Of a stretch of 64,000 nucleotides of DNA, positions 18,675 through 26,136 are shown piece by piece (the stretch's first letter is position 1; every line of letters begins with the position of its first letter). The DNA lies in IMG/VR virus record IMGVR_UViG_3300033076_001012, positions 1-64,000 of that record; one strand, written 5' to 3'. Below the pieces are notes generated by a model. The model was not told the DNA's origin, did not search any database, and saw nothing but the letters and a program-made list of their open reading frames with translations. Both the position numbers and the translations under genes were made by a program. The stretch is from a virus. Taxonomy: Duplodnaviria; Caudoviricetes.

Positions 18675-19000
18675 GCATAACAGCAAATAGGATCAATAAA
18701 TTAATTTTATTCGTAGTTCATTTTGTAATTCAATCAAAGTATCTACTGTAAAATTATGTCCTCCACTTAACCACTTAGTAATAACAGAGGGTTGTTGTTT
18801 CATTTTTAATGCTAATTCTTTTTTACCTATCTTATTTTTTGCCATTCCTTCACTAATCTTCTTAGCAATAGTCATTTTTGCTAAAGTTTTTTCATAAGCA
18901 ACTTTATCTTTTATTTTAAAAAAATCGTCTAATATTTTGCTCTCGTGTTTTTTCATTTGTATAAAATTAATTTACTAAGCCTATTTGCAAACCGTTAGCG
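18675..19000 (+). repeat. attC-like site B2 (326 bp) with a gene in its loop
   Basis: GCATAAC agcaa ATAGG..TAAATTAATTTTA ... TAAAATTAATTTA..CCTAT ttgcaaacc GTTAGCG. Confidence 0.8.
18693..18956 (-). CDS. XRE/HigA-like HTH protein (orphan antitoxin-like) inside the B2 loop
   Basis: KKELALKMKQQPSVITKWLSGGHNFTVDTLIEL is an XRE-type HTH pattern. Confidence 0.8.
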   Translation of the reverse strand: MKKHESKILDDFFKIKDKVAYEKTLAKMTIAKKISEGMAKNKIGKKELALKMKQQPSVITKWLSGGHNFTVDTLIELQNELRIKLIY

Positions 19001-19125
19001 GTCATTGCCTAAAATTTCTGAATATTGTATGTTATTGCCATTATTATCGGATGAAGCCAAATACTGCTTACCTGCTAATTTAAAAGGTTGTCCTAAATAA
19101 ATTTCAGGCAACGCCACTTCGTTAC

Positions 19126-19189
19126 CGCTAACAGCACCTAAAACGCAACTCCGCTACGCTCCGCAGCGTTTAGCTGCAAAACGTTAAAT
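19126..19189 (+). repeat. attC-like site B3 (64 bp)
   Basis: CGCTAAC agcac CTAAAACGC ... GCGTTTAG ctgcaaaac GTTAAAT, with one extra A in the left arm. Confidence 0.85.
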
Positions 19190-19197
19190 GTAATGCC

Positions 19198-19515
19198 TTA
19201 GCCCTCGCACGCTTTTATCATATTTTCAACTTCGTCAAACATTTCATAAGGCAAATGAGTTGGTCTATCGTCTTCTTCTGATATTTTATAGAGTGCGTGT
19301 TGATGAACTTTTTTTAATAACACTAAAAGTTCATTTTTTATTTTACACTCAAATTGGTATTTTTCAAAATAATCAGCTTGAGCTTGTTTCTCATTATAAA
19401 TAACGGTAAATGTTGAGCCATCTTTATCAACAATACATCCTATTTGGTTAATTTCGTGTATCGAATTATTTGTAATCCAGTTTAAAAAATCACGAGTATT
19501 AAATTGTTTTGTCAT
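19198..19515 (-). CDS. cassette hypothetical protein (likely start MTKQF)
   Basis: The ORF-track extension to 19587 runs through the attC B4 arm. Confidence 0.65.
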   Translation of the reverse strand: MTKQFNTRDFLNWITNNSIHEINQIGCIVDKDGSTFTVIYNEKQAQADYFEKYQFECKIKNELLVLLKKVHQHALYKISEEDDRPTHLPYEMFDEVENMIKACEG

Positions 19516-19556
19516 ATTAGTTTTTTTTAGTTTTAAAATGCCACCAAAGGCACTAC

Positions 19557-19634
19557 ATTTAACACGTAATTGGCGCAAGCCTTTCACGTTGGCTACCTGC
19601 TAACGGCCTGCCGCCAATCACGAGGCCGTTATGC
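19557..19634 (+). repeat. attC-like site B4 (78 bp)
   Basis: ATTTAAC acgta ATTGGCG ... CGCCAAT cacgaggcc GTTATGC. Confidence 0.85.
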
Positions 19635-20045
19635 TCCATTGCCTCGCTTAAAATACATTACTAAATCAGTTTGTATTACTTCGAGGTACTTTGCATCCTG
19701 TTCACTATTCCCTTCACTTGTATATGTCATTATGCAATTAAGAATATCTTTCAATTCGCTCGGCAACGAGAGCATAACAGGGGCTTTAATAAATAAACTA
19801 AAATTATCCCATGCCATAAATTGATAGTCATATTCAGTATAATTTATTCCTATTGAACTAATGTATGATAGTATATCAGTTTCAGTTGCATTGGCGAAAA
19901 TATATCTATGCGTTACTTTGCCTCCATCAATATTAAATTTAATGTGCGTAGATGCTTCGTGTTCTGTTGGTTCGCCATGCAACTGACAATGTGTTGTATA
20001 TGCCTTACATTGCTTGTATGCTATTGTTAATCTTCCTTTTTTCAT
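19629..20045 (-). CDS. hypothetical protein starting in the B5 loop and ending in the cassette body
   Basis: Reads through the attC arm as FSLFIKAPVMLSLP and stops at the TAA inside the distal GTTA core. Confidence 0.65.
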   Translation of the reverse strand: MKKGRLTIAYKQCKAYTTHCQLHGEPTEHEASTHIKFNIDGGKVTHRYIFANATETDILSYISSIGINYTEYDYQFMAWDNFSLFIKAPVMLSLPSELKDILNCIMTYTSEGNSEQDAKYLEVIQTDLVMYFKRGNGA

Positions 20046-20090
20046 AATGAATAATTTTAGTTTACTTCTTAAAGCCCCATCCCGTTATAA
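19772..20090 (+). repeat. attC-like site B5 (319 bp) with a gene in its loop
   Basis: GCATAAC aGGGCTTTAA..TAAACTAAAATTAT ... ATAATTTTAGTTTA..TTAAAGCCC catccc GTTATAA. Confidence 0.8.
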
Positions 20091-20118
20091 GTAACCCTAT
20101 CGGGTCGCTATCGCTTAC

Positions 20119-20391
20119 TTATAACAGCAAATAGGCTCAAGTTTTTAAACTATTAAGCCGTTTCTGCTCCTCAATTCTAAACATTTCGTAAAGCTCCTCA
20201 ATAGTCTTATACTCACAAGTAATATTTGACCAATATTTGCCTACGTGTTTCGGGTGCGTTTTAAGTCGCTTTACCCATTCGTTTTTTTGTAGCCACTCCG
20301 CAAAGTTTACCGCTACCATTTTAACTGCTTCTAATATCATTTCCATTTCGTTAAAGTTTAAAAACCTAAGCCTATTTGCGTAACGTTAGCG
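20119..20391 (+). repeat. attC-like site B6 (273 bp) with a gene in its loop
   Basis: TTATAAC agcaa ATAGGCT..GTTTTTAAACT ... AGTTTAAAAAC..AGCCTAT ttgcgtaac GTTAGCG. Confidence 0.8.
20137..20346 (-). CDS. small hypothetical phage protein inside the B6 loop
   Basis: VNFAEWLQKNEW...YKTIEELYEMF motif; lies wholly between the attC arms. Confidence 0.7.
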   Translation of the reverse strand: MEMILEAVKMVAVNFAEWLQKNEWVKRLKTHPKHVGKYWSNITCEYKTIEELYEMFRIEEQKRLNSLKT

Positions 20392-20397
20392 GCAACC

Positions 20398-20643
20398 CTA
20401 AAAAGACTGCCACACAGTTTCAGCATCTGACCAAAAGCCAAAATCAAAATCGGTAATGTCTTGGTCTTTTTGAAAGACAAACATTTTAAACGTTCCATTT
20501 TTTGACTTAATGATTTGCTTTTGAAAGCTGTAAAACTCAACAGTAAGGCACTCTTGAAATGGTGCTGAACTTGCGTCTACAAAAACTCTGTCGCCATTAG
20601 TGCTTACTCTTAATCTCTGTTCGCTTGGAATGTGTATGTTCAT
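20398..20643 (-). CDS. cassette hypothetical protein
   Basis: Bounded by GTTAGCGGC and GCCGCTAAC. Confidence 0.65.
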   Translation of the reverse strand: MNIHIPSEQRLRVSTNGDRVFVDASSAPFQECLTVEFYSFQKQIIKSKNGTFKMFVFQKDQDITDFDFGFWSDAETVWQSF

Positions 20644-20671
20644 TTTATTTTGATTTGTGAAGAAGGGCAGC

Positions 20672-20803
20672 CGCTAACAAGGTATTAGCTATATGGCGGC
20701 TAACGTGCTTCGGTTAAACATTTGTTCTTTTATCAACTGCGGTTCTTCGTATCGGCTGTGTTGCTGTAATTCCGCCACATCGCTAATACCCGAACCGTTA
20801 TAG
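20672..20803 (+). repeat. attC-like site B7 (132 bp)
   Basis: CGCTAAC aaggt ATTAGC.ATATGGCGG ... CCGCCACAT.GCTAAT acccgaacc GTTATAG. Confidence 0.85.
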
Positions 20804-20810
20804 CCAATAG

Positions 20811-21206
20811 CTACCATTCTCGGTCAACACCGACTTGTATGAAGTCAACACTTTCCGAATAACAACCATTTGATTCACCAAACCAACGAATATCTACATA
20901 GCCTTTTATCGTTGCTATTTTATAAAATGTCCACGTACAAGAACCCCAATCATTTGCTTCTTTTGTTCGCTTAATGTCTTCTTCCGAAGTTGGTTCATAG
21001 TTTGAAACTTCTTCTGCTTTTAAGATTGGTGTTCCAATCAAGTCGTTTAAGTCACCGTTAATATCTTCAATCGAAACACTTTCACAGCAATTTTGTCCGT
21101 GATACATTTTGTATTGTGTTCCATCATCAACGATAAAAATTAATTCATCGCCATTGTTTTTGATTTCGGTAAGTGTTTTACCTACTAAGTCTTTAAATTC
21201 TGCCAT
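20811..21206 (-). CDS. conserved phage protein (DUF7448-like) in a cassette
   Basis: MYH.Q.CCESV.IEDI.GDL..LIG.PIL.AEE...[25 protein letters not shown]; family name from recollection. Confidence 0.7.
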   Translation of the reverse strand: MAEFKDLVGKTLTEIKNNGDELIFIVDDGTQYKMYHGQNCCESVSIEDINGDLNDLIGTPILKAEEVSNYEPTSEEDIKRTKEANDWGSCTWTFYKIATIKGYVDIRWFGESNGCYSESVDFIQVGVDREW

Positions 21207-21253
21207 TGTATTTGTTTTTAAAATTAAGTTTCTACTAATTAATCCGCTACTGG

Positions 21254-21355
21254 CTATAACAGCACCTTAGCGTCAGTTTTTGGCTATTTAGTTTATAGGT
21301 AACTTGAACATTTCGGTAAGCCAAAAACCAAACGCCAAGCTGCAAAACGTTAGCA
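21254..21355 (+). repeat. attC-like site B8 (102 bp)
   Basis: CTATAAC agcac CTTAGCG..GTTTTTGGCT ... AGCCAAAAAC..CGCCAAG ctgcaaaac GTTAGCA. Confidence 0.85.
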
Positions 21356-21359
21356 CCAA

Positions 21360-21653
21360 TTAACCAACGCTCGGTTTAGGCGCTATTTTTAGCTTGTTCT
21401 TTTTCATAACGTGCTGTCTTATTTTGGTAAACAATTTTTGAACGGCTTTTTCTCTTGCCTTATCATTTATCAAGCCAGCAAATTGTAAGTAAGTAATGCT
21501 TTCTCTTAATTTTTCAAAATGCTTTACTTCTTCTGCATCAAATTTAAAACCCTGTTCTTTTAATTGTTTCGCAATCGGTGGCACTAATGCTCCAAAGCCG
21601 ATTCTAAATTGTTTGTTTTCTTCCATTTTTTTATATTTAGTTATTAATTCCAA
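21360..21653 (-). CDS. cassette hypothetical protein
   Basis: Bounded by GTTAGCACCA and TGGTGCTAAC; the true start may be MEENKQF. Confidence 0.7.
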   Translation of the reverse strand: MELITKYKKMEENKQFRIGFGALVPPIAKQLKEQGFKFDAEEVKHFEKLRESITYLQFAGLINDKAREKAVQKLFTKIRQHVMKKNKLKIAPKPSVG

Positions 21654-21667
21654 CGCACTTTAACTGG

Positions 21668-21740
21668 TGCTAACAGCACATACACGCTATTTTTCCACCC
21701 ACTTCCAACGCTCACAGCGTGTATCTACGATACTTTTGAA
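21668..21740 (+). repeat. terminal attC-like site B9 (distal core degenerate)
   Basis: TGCTAAC agcac ATACACGCT ... AGCGTGTAT ctacgatac followed by TTTTGAA instead of GTT. Confidence 0.7.
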
Positions 21741-21827
21741 AAATCTAACCATTGGTTTAATAATTTATCTATCTGCATATTTTAAAGTTTTTTTCAAATT
21801 CCAAAACAGATGATTTGTCATCTTTTT

Positions 21828-22046
21828 TCATTTATTGTCTAAAGTTAAATAATAATTAATACTTGCATTAACGGCAATATTAAACAAATGTACCCTTATA
21901 TCATTATCTGGCTTATTTATACCAACAATATCTATTTCTCTCATATCATAAATATATCTAACTATCAAAGAACTTGCTTGCTCAAATGTCAAAGTTTGTT
22001 TTTGAGATAATTTAGATATATCAATAGCATCTTCTCTAGTTATCAT
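21828..22046 (-). CDS. hypothetical protein
   Basis: Co-oriented small early gene. Confidence 0.6.
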   Translation of the reverse strand: MITREDAIDISKLSQKQTLTFEQASSLIVRYIYDMREIDIVGINKPDNDIRVHLFNIAVNASINYYLTLDNK

Positions 22047-22059
22047 TTTAAGATTCTTT

Positions 22060-22359
22060 TTATTTATTCTGAGATTTAGATAATTTGATAAAGTTATTCA
22101 TTTCACCAAATATTTTTTTTACATAAGATCCTATTTTAATCTTTTTATCTGTATATTTAATATTACCATTTTCATCTTTCATAACTTGACCATTAACAAT
22201 CTCAGGTAATTGTACAAGTTCTTTAGGAGAATAAACCAAATCTCCTTTTTTCTTTATTTTTAATAATTTACCAATTATCTTTCTTCTTTCTTTATATTCA
22301 TCAAATGACTCATTTTCAAGTCTATGAGATGAAAAATCTACTACTTTTGTTATACTCAT
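22060..22359 (-). CDS. hypothetical protein
   Basis: RLENESFDEYKERRK motif; co-oriented. Confidence 0.65.
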   Translation of the reverse strand: MSITKVVDFSSHRLENESFDEYKERRKIIGKLLKIKKKGDLVYSPKELVQLPEIVNGQVMKDENGNIKYTDKKIKIGSYVKKIFGEMNNFIKLSKSQNK

Positions 22360-22367
22360 AATTTTAT

Positions 22368-22613
22368 TTATTTTTTTAGATCTTTTAAAAATAATTCATA
22401 TAATTCTTCTGCTGTTACTCTTTTCTTTACTTCTTTAGAATACTCTTTTCTTTCAATTATAGACCATTCTCTTCCTATATTAGGAGCTAAGGGTTGTGCG
22501 TTATTAGCTATCCATAGAGCAAATAATTTAGCTCTCCTATGTCCTAATATAATAGTTAACCTATAAACTAAGAACCATAATATAGTAGATATTATTAATA
22601 CAAAGATTGTCAT
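22368..22613 (-). CDS. hypothetical protein with N-terminal TM helix
   Basis: Hydrophobic N-terminus; VTAEELYELFL C-terminus. Confidence 0.6.
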   Translation of the reverse strand: MTIFVLIISTILWFLVYRLTIILGHRRAKLFALWIANNAQPLAPNIGREWSIIERKEYSKEVKKRVTAEELYELFLKDLKK

Positions 22614-22630
22614 GTTGTTTTAGTTTTAAG

Positions 22631-22873
22631 TTAATATCCTAATATCATTTCAGCTATCTCACATAGCCATTTTTCTAATTGCTTATATTCTACAGAAGAT
22701 TCATTATAATTACACTGCAATCCTCCAAAATATTTATACTGATCTTTAAATTCCTCTTTAACTAAACTGTTAGCAACAGTATAACTAAAGTCAAAATCTT
22801 TACTTTTAATAAATACAGTAACATCATCTAGCTTAGTTATTGTATATCCTTTGAGTATTTCTGCTTTTCTCAT
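22631..22873 (-). CDS. hypothetical protein
   Basis: Co-oriented small early gene. Confidence 0.6.
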   Translation of the reverse strand: MRKAEILKGYTITKLDDVTVFIKSKDFDFSYTVANSLVKEEFKDQYKYFGGLQCNYNESSVEYKQLEKWLCEIAEMILGY

Positions 22874-23348
22874 TTAGTTTTAAGTTTAATTTCTTCTTGA
22901 GCATATTTATAACCAGCTATAAAAGCATCTATAACGCTTGATGTAACTTTATTATCCAACTTATCTAATTCATATTGTAAAGCAGCTTTAATATGCTTTG
23001 GTATTCTTTTAGCTCTTTCTTTTATTGAGTTCTTTTTTATTTTTTTCATTTTATCAAAGTTTTTAACAGTTAGTAGTGCCTTATTTATGCTCGGACTTAT
23101 TTTGGCTCACTCATTAAAGAAGCAGAGTACCTACTAACTGCCTATCAAAACACTCGTAATGACCATCAACGGTTTCCCTCCAGTCCACTAAGTTCAATAG
23201 GCTTAGTGTTTACAAGTTTCCTGCTTTTAGACAGGTTGATAAGGTTTTTAATGATATGGTATTACATTATTTATAATACACCAAGTGTAATACTCAATTA
23301 ATTGTTCTTTTGATTTTTCCATAGTTTTTAGTTTTAGAATTATTAGTA

Positions 23349-23750
23349 TTAAATCAGTTTAGTTAATGTGTATTCAATTGCTGCTTCATAGGCTTCTGTT
23401 GGAGAACCATATTTAGGTTTGTTATTACCATCATAATTTCTTTCATCGGCTAAATCTTTTATAAATGTTACACTAAAATGGAATTTAGAAATACCATTAG
23501 CAATTGTGTTACAAGTTACACTAATCCAAATCCCATGTTTCTCATACAACCACATTACTACTTCCGCAATGGTTGGTGCAGGATAATGTGAAGTATTTTG
23601 AAAACCACTTTCTTCATCCATTTCCCACATTCTATGATGTGTTAATTTGAATGTATCTTTAAATACTTGAACATAATATTTATTACTCTGTTTACCAAAT
23701 CCTTTTTCTTTTAGCGACTTTGCTACTTCAAATTTTACTGGCGTATTCAT
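23349..23750 (-). CDS. conserved hypothetical Bacteroidota-phage protein
   Basis: FEVAKSLKEKGF...APTIAEVVMWL.EKHGIWI...PTEAYEAAI pattern. Confidence 0.7.
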   Translation of the reverse strand: MNTPVKFEVAKSLKEKGFGKQSNKYYVQVFKDTFKLTHHRMWEMDEESGFQNTSHYPAPTIAEVVMWLYEKHGIWISVTCNTIANGISKFHFSVTFIKDLADERNYDGNNKPKYGSPTEAYEAAIEYTLTKLI

Positions 23751-23751
23751 A

Positions 23752-24006
23752 TTATTTAATATTAGTTAATGGATAACAATTTTTCAACGCGTCAACTACA
23801 TCTTCATAAGATACAGTATCAGTAGAAGAACCAGAAGGCGCAGATTCTATACATTCTTTAATTGCTGCTTTAACATGAAGTTTAGCAAATTCAATCATAT
23901 CTTTAATTACATTATCGGTAAGCAAACCATCATATAATTGTCCATCATCAGACATATTGTAATCCTTATTCTTTAAAAATTCTTCTGCTGTTGGTATTTT
24001 ATTCAT
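23752..24006 (-). CDS. hypothetical protein
   Basis: IPTAEEFL...MIEFAKLHV pattern. Confidence 0.65.
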   Translation of the reverse strand: MNKIPTAEEFLKNKDYNMSDDGQLYDGLLTDNVIKDMIEFAKLHVKAAIKECIESAPSGSSTDTVSYEDVVDALKNCYPLTNIK

Positions 24007-24041
24007 GTTATTAGTTTTAGAATTAGTTAATAATTAATTTG

Positions 24042-24133
24042 TGGTCAGGGTAGGACTTGAACCTACAATGCTGGTTTATACACCATTTCTGGTACAGCCT
24101 CACGTTTCAGCGTCTACATTCCGCCACCTGACC
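24042..24133 (-). tRNA. tRNA-like element, anticodon undeterminable
   Basis: Acceptor stem GGTCAGG/CCTGACC, D arm GCG-GAATGTAGA-CGC and T arm GTAGG-TTCAAGT-CCTAC are present; no canonical anticodon stem-loop. Confidence 0.6.
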
Positions 24134-24136
24134 TTG

Positions 24137-25240
24137 TGGTTTAGTAAGGTTACAACCCTTAGCCTATTATTAAATTCTAATTAAGCTTACAATTAGAGTT
24201 AATACTAGATTTTTTACACCTGTAAATTGGACTAAACCAAATAATATAAACAACTGTTGTCCTCTAAGTGGAGTATTCTTCACATTCCTTCCGTATACGT
24301 ACTCATGTCCTTCAAATACCTCAACCTAAATCAAACACATCTTAGACTGTGTTGTAACAGGACAGCTTTGCACTGCTTCCTACAAACCTTGTTACTATTT
24401 AGTGTTAAGCAACAGTTGTTTAATAAGTTATGGTAATTATTATACATTCTAGCTTGTGTGGTTGATTAACACCTAAGCCTTATTATTACAGAAATTAGAG
24501 CTTTGAACTGCTATATGTAAATCATAAGGATGTTACCTCATTTAATGTTAAGTTGTGTTTCAAACTTATTTATTAAATTACTTCATCTTCTGTAGGATTT
24601 GGGCTACACTTATTCAACCAAGTGTATCTATTAAGAATAGCAACTCTGTATAATAATTACCAATAAGTATAACCAAGCGTGTTCAACCTTAATAACTTTG
24701 TTAATAGAAGCTATGAGTGGTTTCATGTGATAGCCAGAACTCACCTAACTATCCCTCGTTAATATTTCTATCAAATACTGGTTTACATGGATCAGAACCT
24801 TTTACGCTTTTAACAACATAAGTCCCTTCTTTAATACATTAGCAACTTGGTTAATAAAATATTGGTAGCTTATACTTTTTATTGTCTTCAGACATAGCAC
24901 TAGTAGGCTCGTTATTTTCTAATCCAACTCTATTGTTGGACTTAATCTACATTAGCAACAGCAGTAATTTATCAATATTGTCTAGTAAGATTGCTCTCCT
25001 AATAACGCAGATATAACTTGTATAATACTTCTGTAATTTTACTACCAAATAGTATTGCCAGTTTTATTTACTCTTATAAGTATTCAGTTATAGAATATTA
25101 TTCTTATCAAGAAGTAAAATATTAGGAAGTATGTTTAGGTGAACCCTTAGTCATCAAAGGTTGCTTACTCTCTCCAAGAAATTACGGAGGAGATTACGAG
25201 TTTAATCTCAGTCCTTTCATTATACCCATACACCAATAAT
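24137..25240 (-). ncRNA. candidate large multi-domain structured ncRNA
   Basis: About 1.1 kb with no tracked ORF; five consecutive domains, each closed by a 7-15 bp perfect stem. Confidence 0.55.
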
Positions 25241-25334
25241 TATTCAACTAGCAATGTTTTAAATGTTTTTTAAGTAAAGATTCTAATTCTTTAATAGATT
25301 TACTTTTTATGAAAAATCAAATTGAGTTTAAGTA

Positions 25335-25766
25335 TTAACCTAATATTTCATTATAATCATTTATAAATCTATTTGCAATTATTTCAGCTGAATTTTCTTT
25401 TTTAAAGCAAAAACCCACCGAACAGAAAGAACCGTAAGTCTGATCATCCACATAGCCGAAAGCCCAAACTGAGCCTTTTTTTTCAAACCAAGGATAATAT
25501 TTAAAACTATTAGTATTAAAATATGGAATCCATTCTTTATAATCGTTATCAATAAAATTTACAGCTTTTATGATAGTAATAATTTCTAATAGTTTATCAT
25601 TATAAAATCCTTTAGGATTTGGATTAACATTATAATCTTCTAATAATTTTTTAGCTGATTCATAGTTTATATTATTAACAGTTAATTTATTAGATGTTTG
25701 TCTTGAAATTTCATTCAATTGTTGTTGTGTTAGAGTTATCGAAACTCCATTAATGTCTATTTTCAT
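25335..25766 (-). CDS. conserved hypothetical Bacteroidota-phage protein
   Basis: W.P.FN....KYYPWF...GFCFK....A...A..F...Y pattern. Confidence 0.7.
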   Translation of the reverse strand: MKIDINGVSITLTQQQLNEISRQTSNKLTVNNINYESAKKLLEDYNVNPNPKGFYNDKLLEIITIIKAVNFIDNDYKEWIPYFNTNSFKYYPWFEKKGSVWAFGYVDDQTYGSFCSVGFCFKKENSAEIIANRFINDYNEILG

Positions 25767-25772
25767 AATTGC

Positions 25773-26021
25773 TTATTTTAATTTATTTTTATATTTTGTT
25801 TTATAATACTCTAAGGTTTCTTCTTTTCTCCTTTTAATATCTTCAAAATATTTCATTGTTTCATTCTTCTTTTTTTGAATCTCTTTATAATAATCTCTGG
25901 TTTTTTGTTTTTTAATTGTATCATTAAGAATTGATATTTTAGATATTAAATTATCAACAGTTTTTATTCTTCTATTAATAAATGTAGATTCTAAATTTTG
26001 ATATTTATTATATGTTTTCAT
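25773..26021 (-). CDS. basic coiled-coil hypothetical protein
   Basis: Lys-rich ORF, co-oriented. Confidence 0.5.
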   Translation of the reverse strand: MKTYNKYQNLESTFINRRIKTVDNLISKISILNDTIKKQKTRDYYKEIQKKKNETMKYFEDIKRRKEETLEYYKTKYKNKLK

Positions 26022-26136
26022 TATTACTTGTGGTTTTGAGATTTATTAAATTGTTATAAAAAATAGTAATAATATGTACTAAAAGATATACTATTTGTGA
26101 AGATGTTAGCTATATCTAATAATACACATTAATAAT

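Larger units (their letters stand above)
18264..21740 (+). mobile_element. integron-like gene-cassette array 2 (9 attC-like sites, plus polarity, genes antisense)
   Basis: Every body has complementary ends: GTTATGCGG/CCGCATAAC, GTTAGCGGT/ACCGCTAAC, GTTAAATGTA/TACATTTAAC, GTTATGCTC/GAGCATAAC, GTTATAAGTAA/TTACTTATAAC, GTTAGCGGC/GCCGCTAAC, GTTATAGCCA/TGGCTATAAC, GTTAGCACCA/TGGTGCTAAC. Confidence 0.85.

Noticed and set aside
11066-21740. The palindromes as CRISPR repeats, REP elements or plain terminators
   Set aside because: There is no constant repeat with unique spacers and no U-tracts. Arm sequences differ between sites while the core geometry and the cassette-end complementarity are conserved.
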